Below, in pieces: positions 49,916 to 63,789 of a DNA stretch of 64,000 nucleotides; position 1 is the first letter of the stretch, and each line of letters begins with the position of its first letter. This stretch comes from Lama guanicoe (lineage: Eukaryota): NCBI GenBank assembly GCA_013239625.1, contig MU054187.1, positions 7,722,358 through 7,786,357 of the forward strand, written 5' to 3'. The position numbers were made by a program, and so were the translations under genes. Below the pieces are notes generated by a model, which was given only the letters and a program-made list of their open reading frames with translations, searched no databases and was not told the origin of the DNA.

Positions 49916-52059
49916 TAGGGGATTTCTTTAACCCTTAGGTCTTGAACCCCTTCAGTTCTTGGTCATAGTGCTTCACAGTCTACTAGATGACACAGTTGTA
50001 CAAACAAGTAATCATCATAAATACATCCGACCTTTCCTCCCAGAGAAGCTGAGGCCTGAAATTCCCATCTCTGTGAGGGTCTCCAGTCTGAGTCAGGTGT
50101 GGCATATTGACCTTTTGGATGATGGGTCAAGGAACTGTCTTGCTGAACAGAAAAGGTGTTGAACAGTTAGTAGAATTCGGCAGAGAGAGAGCGGTACCAA
50201 GCCAAAGGGACAAAGATGGGGAAACCAGAAGACAGTGGGAAGTTTTGCGAGAGGCCTAGGGAGCAGGGCCTGGGGCAGCTGTTTGAGTTACACGAAGGTG
50301 GCTGCGTTTGAAATAAAGCTTTCGGTCTTAGCATGGAGGGAGGAGCCACAAGTGCTGTCTTGGTGTGGATCACAGCGTGACAAGCGCTATGCTAGAGTAA
50401 TACACTGTGTCTATGAAATGAGGTTCAATCAACTCCAAAGTCTGAAAATGTCCTTAGCTCATTCAACGGACCACTTAGGTCAGTGTAACTCGTTTGTGGC
50501 ATCAGTCTGTGTAGCTGTGTTGTCTAGCTGCCGAACAGGTACAGTGCTGTTTACCTGGAGCTGCAGAGCTGAATCAGCTTCTTAATCCAACACTTGGATT
50601 TGCTGAATCATTAAGGCGGGAAGAAATAGGAACAAAAGAGTTGAGAGTGATGTGATTTTAGAGCTAGGCCATGGGTTCACTGCTCCCTAGTGAAGCAAGA
50701 AGCTAATGGATGATGAATGAAAGGTCAAGGAACTGGTGGTGCTGGTGACATTAGAAAATGTGTAGGGATGAGAGAAAACGAGGGCTTGATGAAGGGAAAT
50801 TATTGCAAGAGAGAGGTTTTGGAGATTAAGATCTCAGAAGCCAATCCATTTAGGGTAATGATGATATTTCAGTAGGCTGCTGAAATGGGGTAGAGTTGAA
50901 GGTCTTTAGAATTAAGAAGATTAAGGAAATAGAAAGCAAGGAACATTGTGTGTATGATGACATAAACCTACTTCCATATATAAATATCAGGAAAAAGAAG
51001 TTGTTTCTTCTTTTTTAAAAATGACTTATTCCTGCTATTGTGTTGACTCACCTCTACCCTGACTCATGGTCATCATCAATTTGGTGAAAGCACTTTGCAT
51101 TTTTTAAATCTCTTTTTTAAATCACATTTTTATTCCTTGAAAGGATCACAGTGAGCAGAGTAGCTCAGGCTTAAGAAATGAATAAGAGCTGTGATAACAA
51201 CATCTGAACTGTGGAATTCCATAGTTCTCAAGACTTTTTTTACATAAATCATATCACTTATTAAAACAACTCATGATATAGACTAGGAAGAAATTAGCGT
51301 CTACTTTGAACAGATAAGGAGCATGAGAAAACTAGTTTAAGGTAACAAATTAATAAGTGTCAGAAGCCACACAAGAAGTCCTGCACCTCTTATTTTTAAT
51401 ATGTTTAGATACTCTATAAATCGATGAAGTTATTGGGGATGCAGTGTTTTTGTTTTACAATTATCATTTCAACTTATCGTGCATTTTCCTATTGATACTC
51501 ACTAGAAAATCTAGTTATTCAAAGTTCTCAAATAATCCAATTTGCTGACTCACGGAAAAATAGGAAGACTAAGACGTTTATTTTTAACATTGCACAGCTG
51601 AGGTTTTCAGGAGGTAAGTGGCTAAACTAATAGAATTTATAGGAATCTTGGTTCCTTCACCCTTTTGAATTTTTGGTGGGAATAACATAATACGTACTTG
51701 TGTGTGTGCGTGTGAATTCTCATGTATATGTGGCGCTCTAATTGTTTATATAAAACTCAAATATCAAGAGCCACTTATAAAATTTTCTATCTGTATTCAG
51801 TGCTTCAACCCTCATTTTTCTGTAGAATTTAATACAAGAAGGCTCTGTATTGACTACCTATAGAAGGAAAATTTTACATATGGGTGCAAGTCTCAAAAAT
51901 GAATTGCAAAGGGAGAAAAGTCAAAATGCCTGAGCTCTCTGTTTTTCCCTTCCTCCTGGAACACTGGCATGTAACTTTCCAGCTTTGTTTTCTACAGGAT
52001 AGATCCCAGAGGAACAAGCTGTAGGGGAGAGAACAAAATCTCCACTCAGAAAATGGGTT

Positions 52060-52340
52060 TTCAGTGTAGCGCCTAGCTCTTTGTAGCCTTATACCTATAC
52101 GCTCCATTGTTACTGTCCTCAGTTTTCACATCTATAAAATGGATCAAACAAGAAAATGCACATGGAAGAATTCTGTCAGCACTTCGTAAATAATGTGTTT
52201 GATGTGGAAGAAAGCACACGGACCACAAAGTCAGGTCTTCCTCTGCACAGATTTCCTCACTGTATTGCCCTTCGCAAATTACTTAATCTCTCTGAATTTT
52301 AATTGCTCATCTGAAAAATATAGGTAACACATGATGTCAA
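52060..52340 (+). mobile_element. MIR fragments (two cores)
   Basis: cctcagttttcacatctataaaatgg and aattacttaatctctctgaattttaattgctcatctgaaaaat. Confidence 0.55.
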
Positions 52341-52939
52341 ACATTGCCTTGATAAACTTGAGTTCAAAAGCCAGACCATGTATGGAGCCGACATCTCCAT
52401 TTATAAATGATACGTTGTAACCTAGAGAACAAGGAACAGGAAACCTCGCACAGTGCCTGGGCTTTCTCACAGACTAAAACAGATTTTCTTTCCTAGCAAA
52501 TTGTGCTGGCGTGCTTTGGCCACTATGCCATAACATGCAAATAAATAGGCAATATCTGGCTGAATGTGCACCAAGTATATAATGACCTTCCCATCAGATT
52601 TTTCTCTTTATATAAGTTGGTAACTTTGTCTCTAGTCACAAGCAATTTTTTTTAAAGGAAACATATAGTTCTTCTTAGTAAACATGTAAATACAATAGAA
52701 TTAGATACAAGAAGCTTCAGAAGCCACAGAACCAGCATTTGACCTGAGAGAAGGATGTGACGTGAAACAAATGAGATAAAACGAAAATACAAAACTCAGC
52801 AAGAAGGGTGCGCATGATCCTAAAAGGACAGGAACATCATCTTTTTCTCCGCTTACAAATAATTTTCACGTGCGATGGTGGCGACTTCAAGTATCTAATT
52901 CCCATGTCAGATGTGTCAGTTTCTCCCCAGAGTGTGAGA

Positions 52940-53420
52940 TCTCTCTTCTTCTCGCCCACTTCCCCACGTTGCTGTCAGGGTGATGTTTATCAAATGAACC
53001 CCCTTTCAAAATCCTTCAGTGGCTTTCCACTGCCCTCAGGACAAATTTATATTTCATATCAAGACCCCTGTCTTCCCCTCTGGTTTCATCTTCTCTTGGA
53101 TTCTGTTCACGTTCCTCCAGTTACAATAACACGCTAGCAACTAACCACAGCTTCACTCCTTTACACGTGTTTCTCTCTCCACCAACCCTCCTTCCTCACC
53201 CTTCACACCTTCTGAGTGTCCTTCCTTGACCTTTTCCTGTTTCAGCTTCATTCTTCGGCATTCCCATATTACTATGTGCTTATCTTGATCCTGCAGTTTG
53301 TCTTACCCTGTTTGTTAATTCATCTGCTAGAGAATAAATGTCTTAAGTGCCAAAACTATATCCTTCTTATGGACATTTGAGGTCAAACACCGTGCTGGTA
53401 AACACTTGCTGAATGAATGG
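52940..53420 (+). mobile_element. L2 3' portion
   Basis: tcaaaatccttcagtggctttccactgccctcaggacaaa...gtaaacacttgctgaatgaatgg, ending in the L2 tail. Confidence 0.7.
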
Positions 53421-53814
53421 GTAAGGGCAACAGGCATTAACCAAACAGTCACTGGGAGAGGACCTTGGGCGGGACTGATACTGATCAGGTTGAGTTTACC
53501 AAATCCCTAGTTAATTACTTGGGAGTTTAGAATGTGAATCCAACATTCTCTTTGCAGAGAGTGTTTAGAAAAATGAGAAGGGGAAAAGCTATGGGAGTTC
53601 TCCTACAGCTCGGTCCAAGGTTAGAGAGGTGCTCCGTGATTAGTCAAGGTTCTCTACTTGTCGGGGAAAGAGATAACTGGGGGGAAGTCCCTGCCAATCT
53701 TCCCTTTGAGCAGAACACACTCTCAATTTTCCTATTTCTTCTCCTTCCCCAAGGCGTTGGCTAGCCCACCCCCGAGATTAAACCAAATACCAGGTGGCCC
53801 TGAGGAAGCCCATG

Positions 53815-53970
53815 AGGAGATAAGCACAGCTTCTCAGGGCAGATGATTCATTTTCTCAAACTTCACCCATTTGTGCACTGAGGATAATAGTACAGCCTGC
53901 CTCCTCAAGATGGTGGGAGGATTAAGGAGCTCAGAGAGATAATAAACATAAAAGAGCCGTGAGCAGCTGC
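53815..53970 (+). mobile_element. MIR fragment
   Basis: ggataatagtacagcctgcctcctcaagatggtgggaggattaa resembles the MIR core. Confidence 0.6.
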
Positions 53971-56340
53971 TTCAGGATTCAGTCTGAGAAGCAGAGGGAG
54001 ATGCTCTGTGAATGCTCCCTCTCGTTTACCCGTCCTTCATCTCCAGACCACATCCTGAACGTGCAGACTCGAAAGGGCAGGCGGAAGAAGTGGGGTGCCA
54101 TCTCTGGGACTCTGTTTTCAGGCTTATTCTACAATAATATCATGGCCAATTTTTGTAGGTTACTCGAGCCAGTTACATTTTCTGAGCCTCAACTGCACTA
54201 GGTCCCACAGACATGTAAGCCTGATAAGAAGCTCCAGATGCTTCTTTAAAGAAAAGTTTCTTGGATGGAGGGAGCCGTGATGACCTCGTAGCAAAGGACA
54301 CAAAAGCTGCCCTGCTTTTGAAGATCTAGGTGAGGATTATCCATTTGGTGGACTTTTAGGGGCAGATTTTAGAAACTGAAGTGCCCTGCACAAAATAGAC
54401 ACTGGAAAAATAACCACTGAATCAATTGAAATGAAATTGAACTGAAGTTCTATATATTTTCCTCAAATACTGAATCAAATACCGGGCCATTTTCGGTGCT
54501 CTTTTCTCACACTGTTTGTAGACACGTGTTTGGGGCTGCCCCCTGATGTCTGTACGGTTGTGTTGTGCTAATCAGTGACGGCAGACAAGGGAAATGCATC
54601 TAAATAACAGCAGCAGAAACAAAGAACATCCGTGTTCATTGTAGAAAGTACGTGGGGGAAGCTGACGTTTGATAGTCAGCTACGTAGTTTTAACAAGCTT
54701 CCGTAGATACAATGTATGTGAAATATTTTTATCTCAGTATAAAGGCTAATGGATAGAGCTAGAATTCTGATGAAATCTCAGGACACTACAAAAACAATTT
54801 AGAAATTTTTTTCCTAAGAAATAGAATTTTTTCTATGAAAAAATGTTCCTAATTTATTGATAATTTGTTTTTACATTAGAACACATTCATTCAGTCATTG
54901 CTCTTTTATCCAAAAGTGAAAATTGTGGAAACTGTTAGACATACCAGTGAATTTCTTATGACCTAACTTTAGCTAGGGAGATTTTCTCTTTTTTGTGAAT
55001 CAAAAAGCAATTTTGACCAATATTTCTGATCATATAGTAAAACACTTAGCATGTACTCTTTGAGACACAAGTCTTACAGAACTCTTATATCTTAATTATT
55101 TGGATGCAAATTTAGTAAAATTTGCAATCTATACTTGAGGCAATGCCTTTGCACTTTGGCTAAGGATTTTCTTAATAAATCTTCATTCACACAATTGGTA
55201 GTCTTGGGGTTAGCAAGATAACTCACTTCATGTATGGAATTAACTTAAAATAATATCAGTGTCATTTCAAAAACTGAAAAAACTGATAGTTAATATGGTT
55301 CCATTGATTTTTCTCCTGTTGTCTAATCTGTTTCATTCAGGATTCTGTAGTCCTGTCTTGGAAAATGTTTCAATTATATCTTTGTTTCACTGATTATCTT
55401 GCCTCAAGATATCTTTAAAACACATTCACATTTATATAATTTTATGAAATAAGTTTGACATTCTTCTTCCGTTTTTCCAATATTGAAACATTCTCTTTTC
55501 TCCTCAGTTTGTTTCTTATGTAATTATTTTACCATTCCAATAGATAATTTTATCTTTCAGCATTATGTAACTTGTTTTGAACTTCAGAGTTATTTTGGAC
55601 CCAGCATGTGGCCCATTTCAACAATTTTGATGTCTTGATTTTAAAACAAGGTGACCTATGCTCTGTATCTTCTATGGGCAAATGTATATTTACTTCTTAT
55701 TACAGTGATTCTACCTTTGGTTTACAACAGGTTCTTTTTAGTGATTTAATGCGATATCGCTCTGCAAAATTCTTTGTTGGGCTAAAGGCTAAATGGATAC
55801 AATTTTGCAGCAACTCCTCAAATGTGTTTCTAATCAATCTGCTGCAGTACCTTTTCATTAAGCAGATATTTCCAATTTTATATACTTTACTCAGAAGCTC
55901 ATTATTTTACATTTACCTCAAGTGAGCGATATTTGCCGTATTTTAGCACAGACACTTAAATGCTCTCAGTCTTGATGTAGCCTTCACAATATTACTCTTC
56001 TTTGCTTTTCTAGTCATTTGAAAATAATTTGCAAACAAGCAGAATAAAAGCATGGTGAATGCAATCTAGTCTAGTTTATATATTATATATTTTACATATA
56101 TATATGTATTTTGTAAAGACAGGTGAATTCTGAAGTGATTTAATTGAAAGAAAGGAAATAATGATGAGACCGACTCAGTATCTTGGTCCTTTGGCTCTGA
56201 CTTGAGCACTATTGTTTTCCTACACATCATGCTAATAATAGCAGTAAAAATAATGTGTGACAGTAGCTAAAAGTAGTTGTCTATAGTAACCATTCCAGTA
56301 AATATGTGATTATTACCTCAGTGCCTCAAAAATACAAGGG

Positions 56341-56791
56341 CTGCTCAGCCATAAAAAAAGAATAAAATAATGCCATTTGCAGCAACATGGATGGACCATC
56401 ATGCTAAGTGAAGTAAGCCAGAAAGAGAAAGAAAAATACCGCATGATATCACTCATATGTGGAATCTAAAAAAAAAAAAAGACACAAATGAACTTATTTA
56501 CAAAACAGAAACAGACTCACAGATATGGACAACAAACTTATGGTTACCAGGGAGAAAAGGGGGTGGGAAGGGATAAATTGGGAGTTTGAAATTTGCAGAT
56601 GTTAGCTACTGTATATAAAACAAATTTCTACTGTTTAGAACAGGGAACTATATTCAATTATCTTATAACAACCTATAATGAAAAAGAAGATGAAAAAGAA
56701 TATATGTATGTATATGTATGGTTGGAACAGTATGCTGTACAGCAGAAATTGATACATTGTAAACTGATTATACTTCAATAAGGAAAATTTT
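56341..56791 (+). mobile_element. Young 5'-truncated L1 3' end with perfect 13-bp TSD
   Basis: cagccataaaaaaagaataaaataatgccatttgcagcaacatggatggac...tacttcaataa. TSD aaaaatacaaggg at 56328-56340 and 56792-56804. G-rich 3' UTR tract at 56550-56572. Confidence 0.93.
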
Positions 56792-56897
56792 AAAAATACA
56801 AGGGAACTATGATTATACATATCAGTGAATGGATTCAAACACTTCTATTTGATGCTGTGTCGAGAAGAAATATAAGAAACTATTGAATCAAATCATT

Positions 56898-56962
56898 GAT
56901 TGAATCAAACAGAATGCCAGAACATGACATTGTAAATTGACTATACTTTAATTAAAAATATT
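56898..56962 (+). mobile_element. Very short L1 3' tail
   Basis: gacattgtaaattgactatactttaattaaaaa matches the terminus of the neighbouring L1 tails. Confidence 0.65.
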
Positions 56963-57649
56963 TTTAAAACGAGTGACTGAGATCTTAAAAAATAATACTG
57001 AAGGAAGAGGATTTAGCCGGTCTTGCGTTGCAAGGTCTACTTTATTCAGATGGTTTTGTAAATACAATTATAGAAATCTGCAGAAGGAGTGTTACAATTG
57101 TGGGGATTTATTGCTATTACATGCTATTATAGCCAGGGAACCCAGAACGCCTAGATCCTTTCATTGCAATAATCCTTCTTAAAGAAATTACCCCCACGAT
57201 AACCAGCTGCAGAATAAGTATGAAGGTAACTTTTCACGGCTTCACATGGTTCTAATAGTTTAACAAAGAGTTTCTATTAAAATTGGATTGGAAGGTGTTT
57301 CTTGAGCCTAAAAGTTTAAGTGGGGACTCAGAAAAAAGCTCTCATCCTCATATTCTGAATCCTGGATCCAACCTCTGAAAGCAAAGAAGGAGTGAGTGTA
57401 AAGAAACAAAAGTAAAAAGAACAGACTTTGTGTCTAAAAGCACCCCCAACTCTGCAGAGTGGGAGAGAGTCTTCTCACACCGGCCTCAGGATCGCTGTCC
57501 TTCCAAGCCTCCCCTGACCACCCAGAGGCAGGAGAAAGGACAGTTCCAAGAAGGGTGGAAGAGAGTGCATTACATTTAGCTTCGTGTGTTTTAAAGCATG
57601 ATGATCCCTCATCATCCAATGAATGTCCTGTGAATCAGAATAATTAAAT

Positions 57650-57990
57650 AAAAGCTCCTTTCATTCTCCCAATAGAACACAAGGAAATGGACCCTCCCTG
57701 CTGTGAGGGTGTGGTAGGACACACCTTAGTTGATGGGCATAAAGAGGGGAAATCACATCAGTTCTGGGAAGGGACAGGTAAGACGCTGAAAATGAATTAA
57801 GGCTTGAGTTGTTTTGAAAGACAGGAAGGAGCTAACCAGATGAAAAACACTAGCAGGGGACATATCAGAGCAAAGGGACAGATGTAGAAAATCATTGCTT
57901 TGGGTTTTTTTTTTTTTTTTTTTTTTTTTTAACTAGCAGCAGTTTAATTTGGCTGGACCAGACAGAGGAGCCATCATGCATCAGCTGTGC
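57650..57990 (-). mobile_element. L2 fragment with internal poly-T
   Basis: ttgagttgttttgaaagacaggaaggagctaaccagatgaa resembles antisense L2. Confidence 0.5.
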
Positions 57991-58149
57991 CCTGGATGGT
58001 CCAGAGGAGTATCATCTCGGAATGATTTGGGAATATTCATCATGAGTAAATATACCCCTCTCAAAATTCTTTGGATATTCTCAACAATCTCACGGTGCCA
58101 CTTTTGTGAGACAGACATTTTTATCCTGTCTGTAATTTTGGAAAAGCTA

Positions 58150-58295
58150 TTGAAACTCTTTATGTCTTAATCCAAGCATATATAAACAGGGATAGATAAT
58201 ACCTACTTCACAGGTTGGTTGGAGCACATAGGGAACCACGTTTATGAAAAGTGCTTTGTAACCTGGAAAGTGCAGTACAAAAGTTACAATTATTA
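58150..58295 (+). mobile_element. MIR fragment
   Basis: gataatacctacttcacaggttggttgg...aaaagtgctttgtaa resembles MIR. Confidence 0.6.
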
Positions 58296-58445
58296 AGCTT
58301 ATGCAATTTCTATCACATCTTACATTTTGTACCATATAGCAAAAAAAATTTTAGTATCCACTTAAAAGTGTAATATTCAATAAACACAAATCATTTAATC
58401 ATACTACATGCAAATTTTTGTTTTGTTTTGTTGTTGTATATATAC

Positions 58446-58660
58446 TTTTTTTTATTGAAGTATAGTCAGTTTACAATATTGTGTCAATTTCTGGTGCACA
58501 GCACAATGCTTCAGTCACACATGTACATACATATATTTGTTTTCATATTCTTTTACACCAAAAGTTACTACAAGATATTGAATGTAGTTCCCTGTGCTAT
58601 ACAGTATAAACTTGTCACTAATCTATTTTATATATATTAGTTAGCACCCGCAAATCTCAA
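58446..58660 (-). mobile_element. Short young L1 3' tail
   Basis: tttattgaagtatagtcagtttacaatattgtgtcaatttctgg...gtagttccctgtgctatacagta. Confidence 0.9.
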
Positions 58661-60589
58661 TATTTTTTATATAGAGTTAAACTTAATAAAATGGTTATAT
58701 TTAAGGAAAGCCTAAAGCACAGATGACAAATATATGGCATTTGGGACTTAGTGCCTCAGTTGTGCTCCCAAGGCGAACATCACTAATTGATAATACTTTT
58801 TCCACTGGGCTGGAGCATCAAAATTCTTCTCATCATTCAATTAGGTAAAAACAATATGTAAAAGTTAACCCTTGAAATCTGTTATTATTTTTATTGGATT
58901 AAAACCAGGAGAGGACAGAGGACATTTTTCTTCCCTGCAAGATATCCTTGCAAACAACTAATTCAGAGAGGAAAAGTTCTGTCTTTAAACATTTTTAGGA
59001 ATGAAGACGAGAGATGTGTGAATTGTGAAGTGAGTTTTCTTAACAATGCAACAAGATGAATACTTTAAAAAATGGTAGGTTTTTTTTTCATCTCTCAGAT
59101 TATTGATTGCTTAATTTCCTTCAAATTCAACATGGTTTCATATCAATTGTGTTCATTTTAAAGTGATGATTATAAAATGACTAGGTTTGTGCCAAATAAA
59201 TATAAATTCAAGTAAAAATATCCCTGAGTAAGTAGATCAGAACAGTTTTGTGAATGGAGTCTGGAATCCAGGCAGATGCATTAAAATGCCATAACCATGT
59301 GTACACAGAGTTACCAAGTCATTGTCAGACACTGTTCATGCATCATTTTGATGCTGCTTAATGTAAGATGAGCTGAAAAGCTATTATTTGGTCTTTTCAA
59401 AAGTACCTAGTAAATAACCTTCTGCCCAATTACACTTTTTCCTTAAGATTTAAAAAAAAAAAAGCCTTGAAGATTTATAATGGTTTTCTTCTGAATGTGT
59501 AGCAAAATATCAAAAAATATACTGCTTTTAAACAGTAAGTACTTGATAATGGACACACTTGGGATGGATAAGTGAGGAGCCAGGGGAAATGAGTGAAGAG
59601 GAATGTTCTTAGCTTCAGGAGAAGGTTCTGCTGTGGAGGGGATAAGGATGAGGATAAGGGTTCCATGGACACAAGTCCTCATTCTGACTTTGGAACCACC
59701 TTCCTGTAAGACCGACACATGTGCCCAGGAAGCAAGCTGCAGTGTTAAGAGTTTTCAGTGACGGGAAACAACAGCCGTGGACCACTCCCTCAGACGCTCA
59801 GTCCCACCGAGACCTGGCCTCGTAGGATTTTCCCTCCCTTCCTCACTCTGTTCTACCTGCTGAGGGATGGCTGTTTTTGCTGAGCCAGGTGGCTGGATGA
59901 TGGCACTATGATGCGAAGAAAGTGGATTGTCTTAAGATCAACACAGATACAAAGCTCTTCTCCCTGCCATCTTGTATGTGAGTGCAGTTTGTGCCAAGAA
60001 GCTATAGCTGAATAGCTGTGCGGGCGATACGGGCTGTTCCATCTGTGATTTTAACCGATATGTGACATAACATTGGATTTGGATACCTTCCGTAATTAAG
60101 GGCATATCCTGGATATCCTTTCATCTGTGGCCCAATAAATGGATACTCTTGCTCCAATAACCCAGTTCTTTCAGTTTTATTCATTTAATATATGCAGTGT
60201 GGGGAGCTGGAGACTCAGCCCAGCAAGATGCCCGTTTTTCCTTGGCTAGACAATAGGAGATAGACAGACAACTGATAACCCTGCACACTCAGATGTCCTA
60301 GGGGGAGATGTCAGTTCAGATCAGATCTGAAAGGCAATCTCATAGAAAGAGAAGAGAAAAATAACCTTATTCCAACCTCTGCCAAGCATTCATCAGCTCT
60401 CCCAATTTTGTAGCCCGTATAGTGACCATTATATCACAGGTGTAGTCATTTATTACTTTGAAGTGTGTAAATAAACAAAGAATAAGCAGGCATGGGCTCC
60501 GAAATAAAAATTACAGAGAAACTATCCCGTGACTTTGGAGATATAATTTTAACCTAGTGAGTCATCTCCCTGTGATAACTAAATGGGAA

Positions 60590-60780
60590 GCAGTGGAAAA
60601 CTGTAGTTAAATATTTGAGCATCAGAATTGGACAGACAGACGTGGGCAAGTCCCAGTTCTTCCATTTACTAATTACACATAATTGAATTCTTCATCTAGC
60701 AAGAGAGGATAGTAACAGAGCCTGTCTCACTGGCACTCTTGGGAGACACATGGACATAGCACTGGCAATGTACGTATTAC
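60590..60780 (+). mobile_element. MIR SINE fragment
   Basis: gacagacgtgggcaagtcccagttcttccatttactaatt resembles MIR. Confidence 0.55.
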
Positions 60781-62949
60781 GCTTCAATGCATATGCGTTT
60801 TCTGGAAATACCTTATGAATGATGGAAGGTGGGGTGACTAGCACTCATTTGTCATTCATTCATTCAATCAAACACATACACTCATCCACTGAGTGTATCA
60901 CACCCTGATGGATGTAAAAATGGGGGAAATATTTTAATCATCAGACACCTGAATTCAGACGTTTCCACTTACTTACCAAGACATTCACACTCCCAGCAGC
61001 TTGACGTCAGTGGATAAGAAGGAATGCATATAAACACTGGCACAAGACATCGACACCATGACAATTAAGTAACCTTGAACTTCTCAACACACAACCAGTA
61101 AAGTGTCTATATTCAAGGAGAAATAAGTTTCCTAGGTGTCAGCATCTTGAGGCTGTGGCTCCAAAGGAGGTCACTGCCCCAAGTAATGAGAACAGTTGGG
61201 AACCTCTCCCGTTCTCTATCGCCTGAAGGTCAACAGCCATCTGGTCTAACTCATGCTGGCTTTCCAATTGAGAATGAAAACAGATTTTCTATCATGTCCA
61301 AGAACAAAGGGCATGGCTGAATCGTGGAAAATGTGGATGACACAGTTGCCTTCATCCATGCAGACTGTGTATCTCAATTTTCTGTAAGTGCATTCTTGGG
61401 CAAAGGGTCCTGTGATTAAGAGGCAGCAGTACAAGGGGCATTGGAAAGAAGGGGAAAATGAGCCTTGCACCAGAATCCCCTTGGAATGATAAGGCAGTAA
61501 TGAAAACAAGAAGGTTCTCTTTGGTTACTCCACGTGCTAGCTTTCAAAGAGAGAGAGTAAAGCCACTAGTCAATGAGCTGCCTCCTCTTTGTAAATCATG
61601 AGAAGTAGCTGTCTACTTCAGCATGCTGTGTTATGAACCTTTTCTCTGCGTTTTCATAAAAGAAATCTGACCTCCTGAACAGGGCACTGACTAACAGATT
61701 AAAGTCACTTGCTCTGAGAGCCCTCTTCTTTTCCTGGCAGGCCACATGCTGATCCAGCAGTCATCCATCTTTTCCCCTTTTCTACACACTGGTTAATATA
61801 TATTACCTGGTGATAAAAATGTCCTATTTTCATACAACAAAAATTACCAACATTGGGGAAAAATGTTGAGCCTGGTCAGATTTCTTATCTGTGCTGAATA
61901 TTTCAGACACATGACGGGAGCTCCATGCACTGGATGAAATGTTTAAAATAAATATCCAAGTGCCACATACCTTGTTCTTTCCAATTTCTTTGAGGGATAT
62001 TAAATATGTTACAATTAATTTCATATGCTGTATTAAGACATTCATTTATATGCTCAGAACTACAGGGGTCTCCATAACAGCCCTAAGTAAGTCCATTTTG
62101 CAGTACAAGGGACATTGTTAATGTTCAAAGATTAGAAAATGCACCCTCTTTGATCTTTGCTCCTTATTGAAAGACAGCGTTCAGACACCAGGAAGGCATT
62201 TTTCTTCAAATAGTTGATTTCTCCTAGAGGAAGATATGATTAAATAGAATACTCCAGACTTAACAAGGCAACCAAAGAACTGGCAATTTCTTTTCAGCTC
62301 CCTTCATTCTAGCATCTCAAAGCTGTTTGCATTGAGGTTTAGAAATCGAGACAGAACAAGTTGCCGACCCCAGAACTGAACAGCTACGTTCGTTGTTCCG
62401 GTTGTGCGGGGATTGAAACAGAACGTCGGCCAGAGGCAGGCAGGCACGTTTTGCAGACGGGGCATTTTGTACAGTGGACTTTAATGGATGGCTCAGCATA
62501 TGGTCTGGGCATCTGTACAAATGTTTAAAAAATAAAAAAATAATATATTGGATTCTCGCAAGGAATGAAACTGGAGGTTTAGGAAGGAAAGTGACTTTTG
62601 TTGCTATTCCCCATGTTTCTTTGAAGCTCTCATGGTTTGTTGCCCTTCTATGCATTCCACCGTGCACTGCATCACTCACTAACGATGCTCCTGCCAGGCG
62701 TGGTGGTAGGCACTGGAGTTCTGCTTCTGTTCACAGCCTCTGTGGATGGGGATTACAGTTCATTGAGACCTCGTTGCTAGCCATCTAGAGCTCCAAGCCA
62801 AAGTCTCAACAAGTCGAGTGCATTCTCCCCCTTAAAATAAACTTTGGCTAATTTCAAAACACATTTCTATTTATGCCTGTAAAGGAGAAGAAATAGCAGA
62901 TAGTGGCCAGGCTCTCTCCCACAAGCCTTGTCAAGTATCGCTAACCACC

Positions 62950-63110
62950 ACACTGGTCTCACCTCACCCTGCCTTCCATTCTCTCTTCCACATAATAGCT
63001 AGGTGACTCTGCTCAGAAAATACCCAGTAGCTTTCCATTGCACTTAAGATGAGGACAAGTGCCTCTAATGTGGCCTTCCAACCCAGGGATGGTCTGGGCC
63101 CTGGGTACCA
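62950..63110 (+). mobile_element. L2 fragment
   Basis: ctctgctcagaaaatacccagtagctttccattgcacttaagatga resembles L2. Confidence 0.6.
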
Positions 63111-63789
63111 CTGGAGCCTCATCTCAGGCTCAGTTCCCTCCGGCTGCACTGACTTTTTCTTGGTTATTCCTCTGTGCCTGGGCTGTTCCCAGTGCTCTTT
63201 CCTCTGCAAAGCCCTCCATCAGAATCAAATCTTCCACTCTTAGGTACTGTTTGCAAAACAGCATTTTTATAATCTGTCTTGTATTCATTCCCAAGAAGAG
63301 ATCAGAGTCTGAGCATGATCTTCACATCTGTGGAAACTCTCTGCTTCCAAATTCCTTTATTCTAGATTTGGTTCCCATGATTGGATCCTCTGAATGGCAT
63401 GACAAAATTGCCAGAGGTTGATGAATAATGTGAGTCTGTTGTTATTGGAATTTCATTCATTAGAGAAAGACTATGAAAACCTTAATAATATCTTAATCTA
63501 GAATTTCAGGTTCACTAAAGAAATATAATTTTTCAGAATGTTTTCTTTGAAGTAGCTTCTCAATTTTACAAAAATTAATTGAAAATCTTCCTCAAGTAAA
63601 GGAATTTCAGAAATTCTTTGGTAATGATCAGACTTTTTTTTTTTAATGTTTTATTTTGGCTGTATTTAATTTCATTTGTGACTTCTCTCTATCAGTGAGA
63701 TCCTGCCTAGATCACCGACAGCGCTCTATCTATTAGTAGATGGGAGAACACACAGTGAATAATATTTGATCATTGCCCTAATTCTCAAC

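Noticed and set aside
61002..61009. Perfect CRE TGACGTCA
   Set aside because: One 8-mer is expected by chance in 64 kb, with no supporting context.
62385..62420. Sequence ending ATTGAAAC, like a CRISPR repeat end
   Set aside because: Single occurrence, no array, mammalian context.
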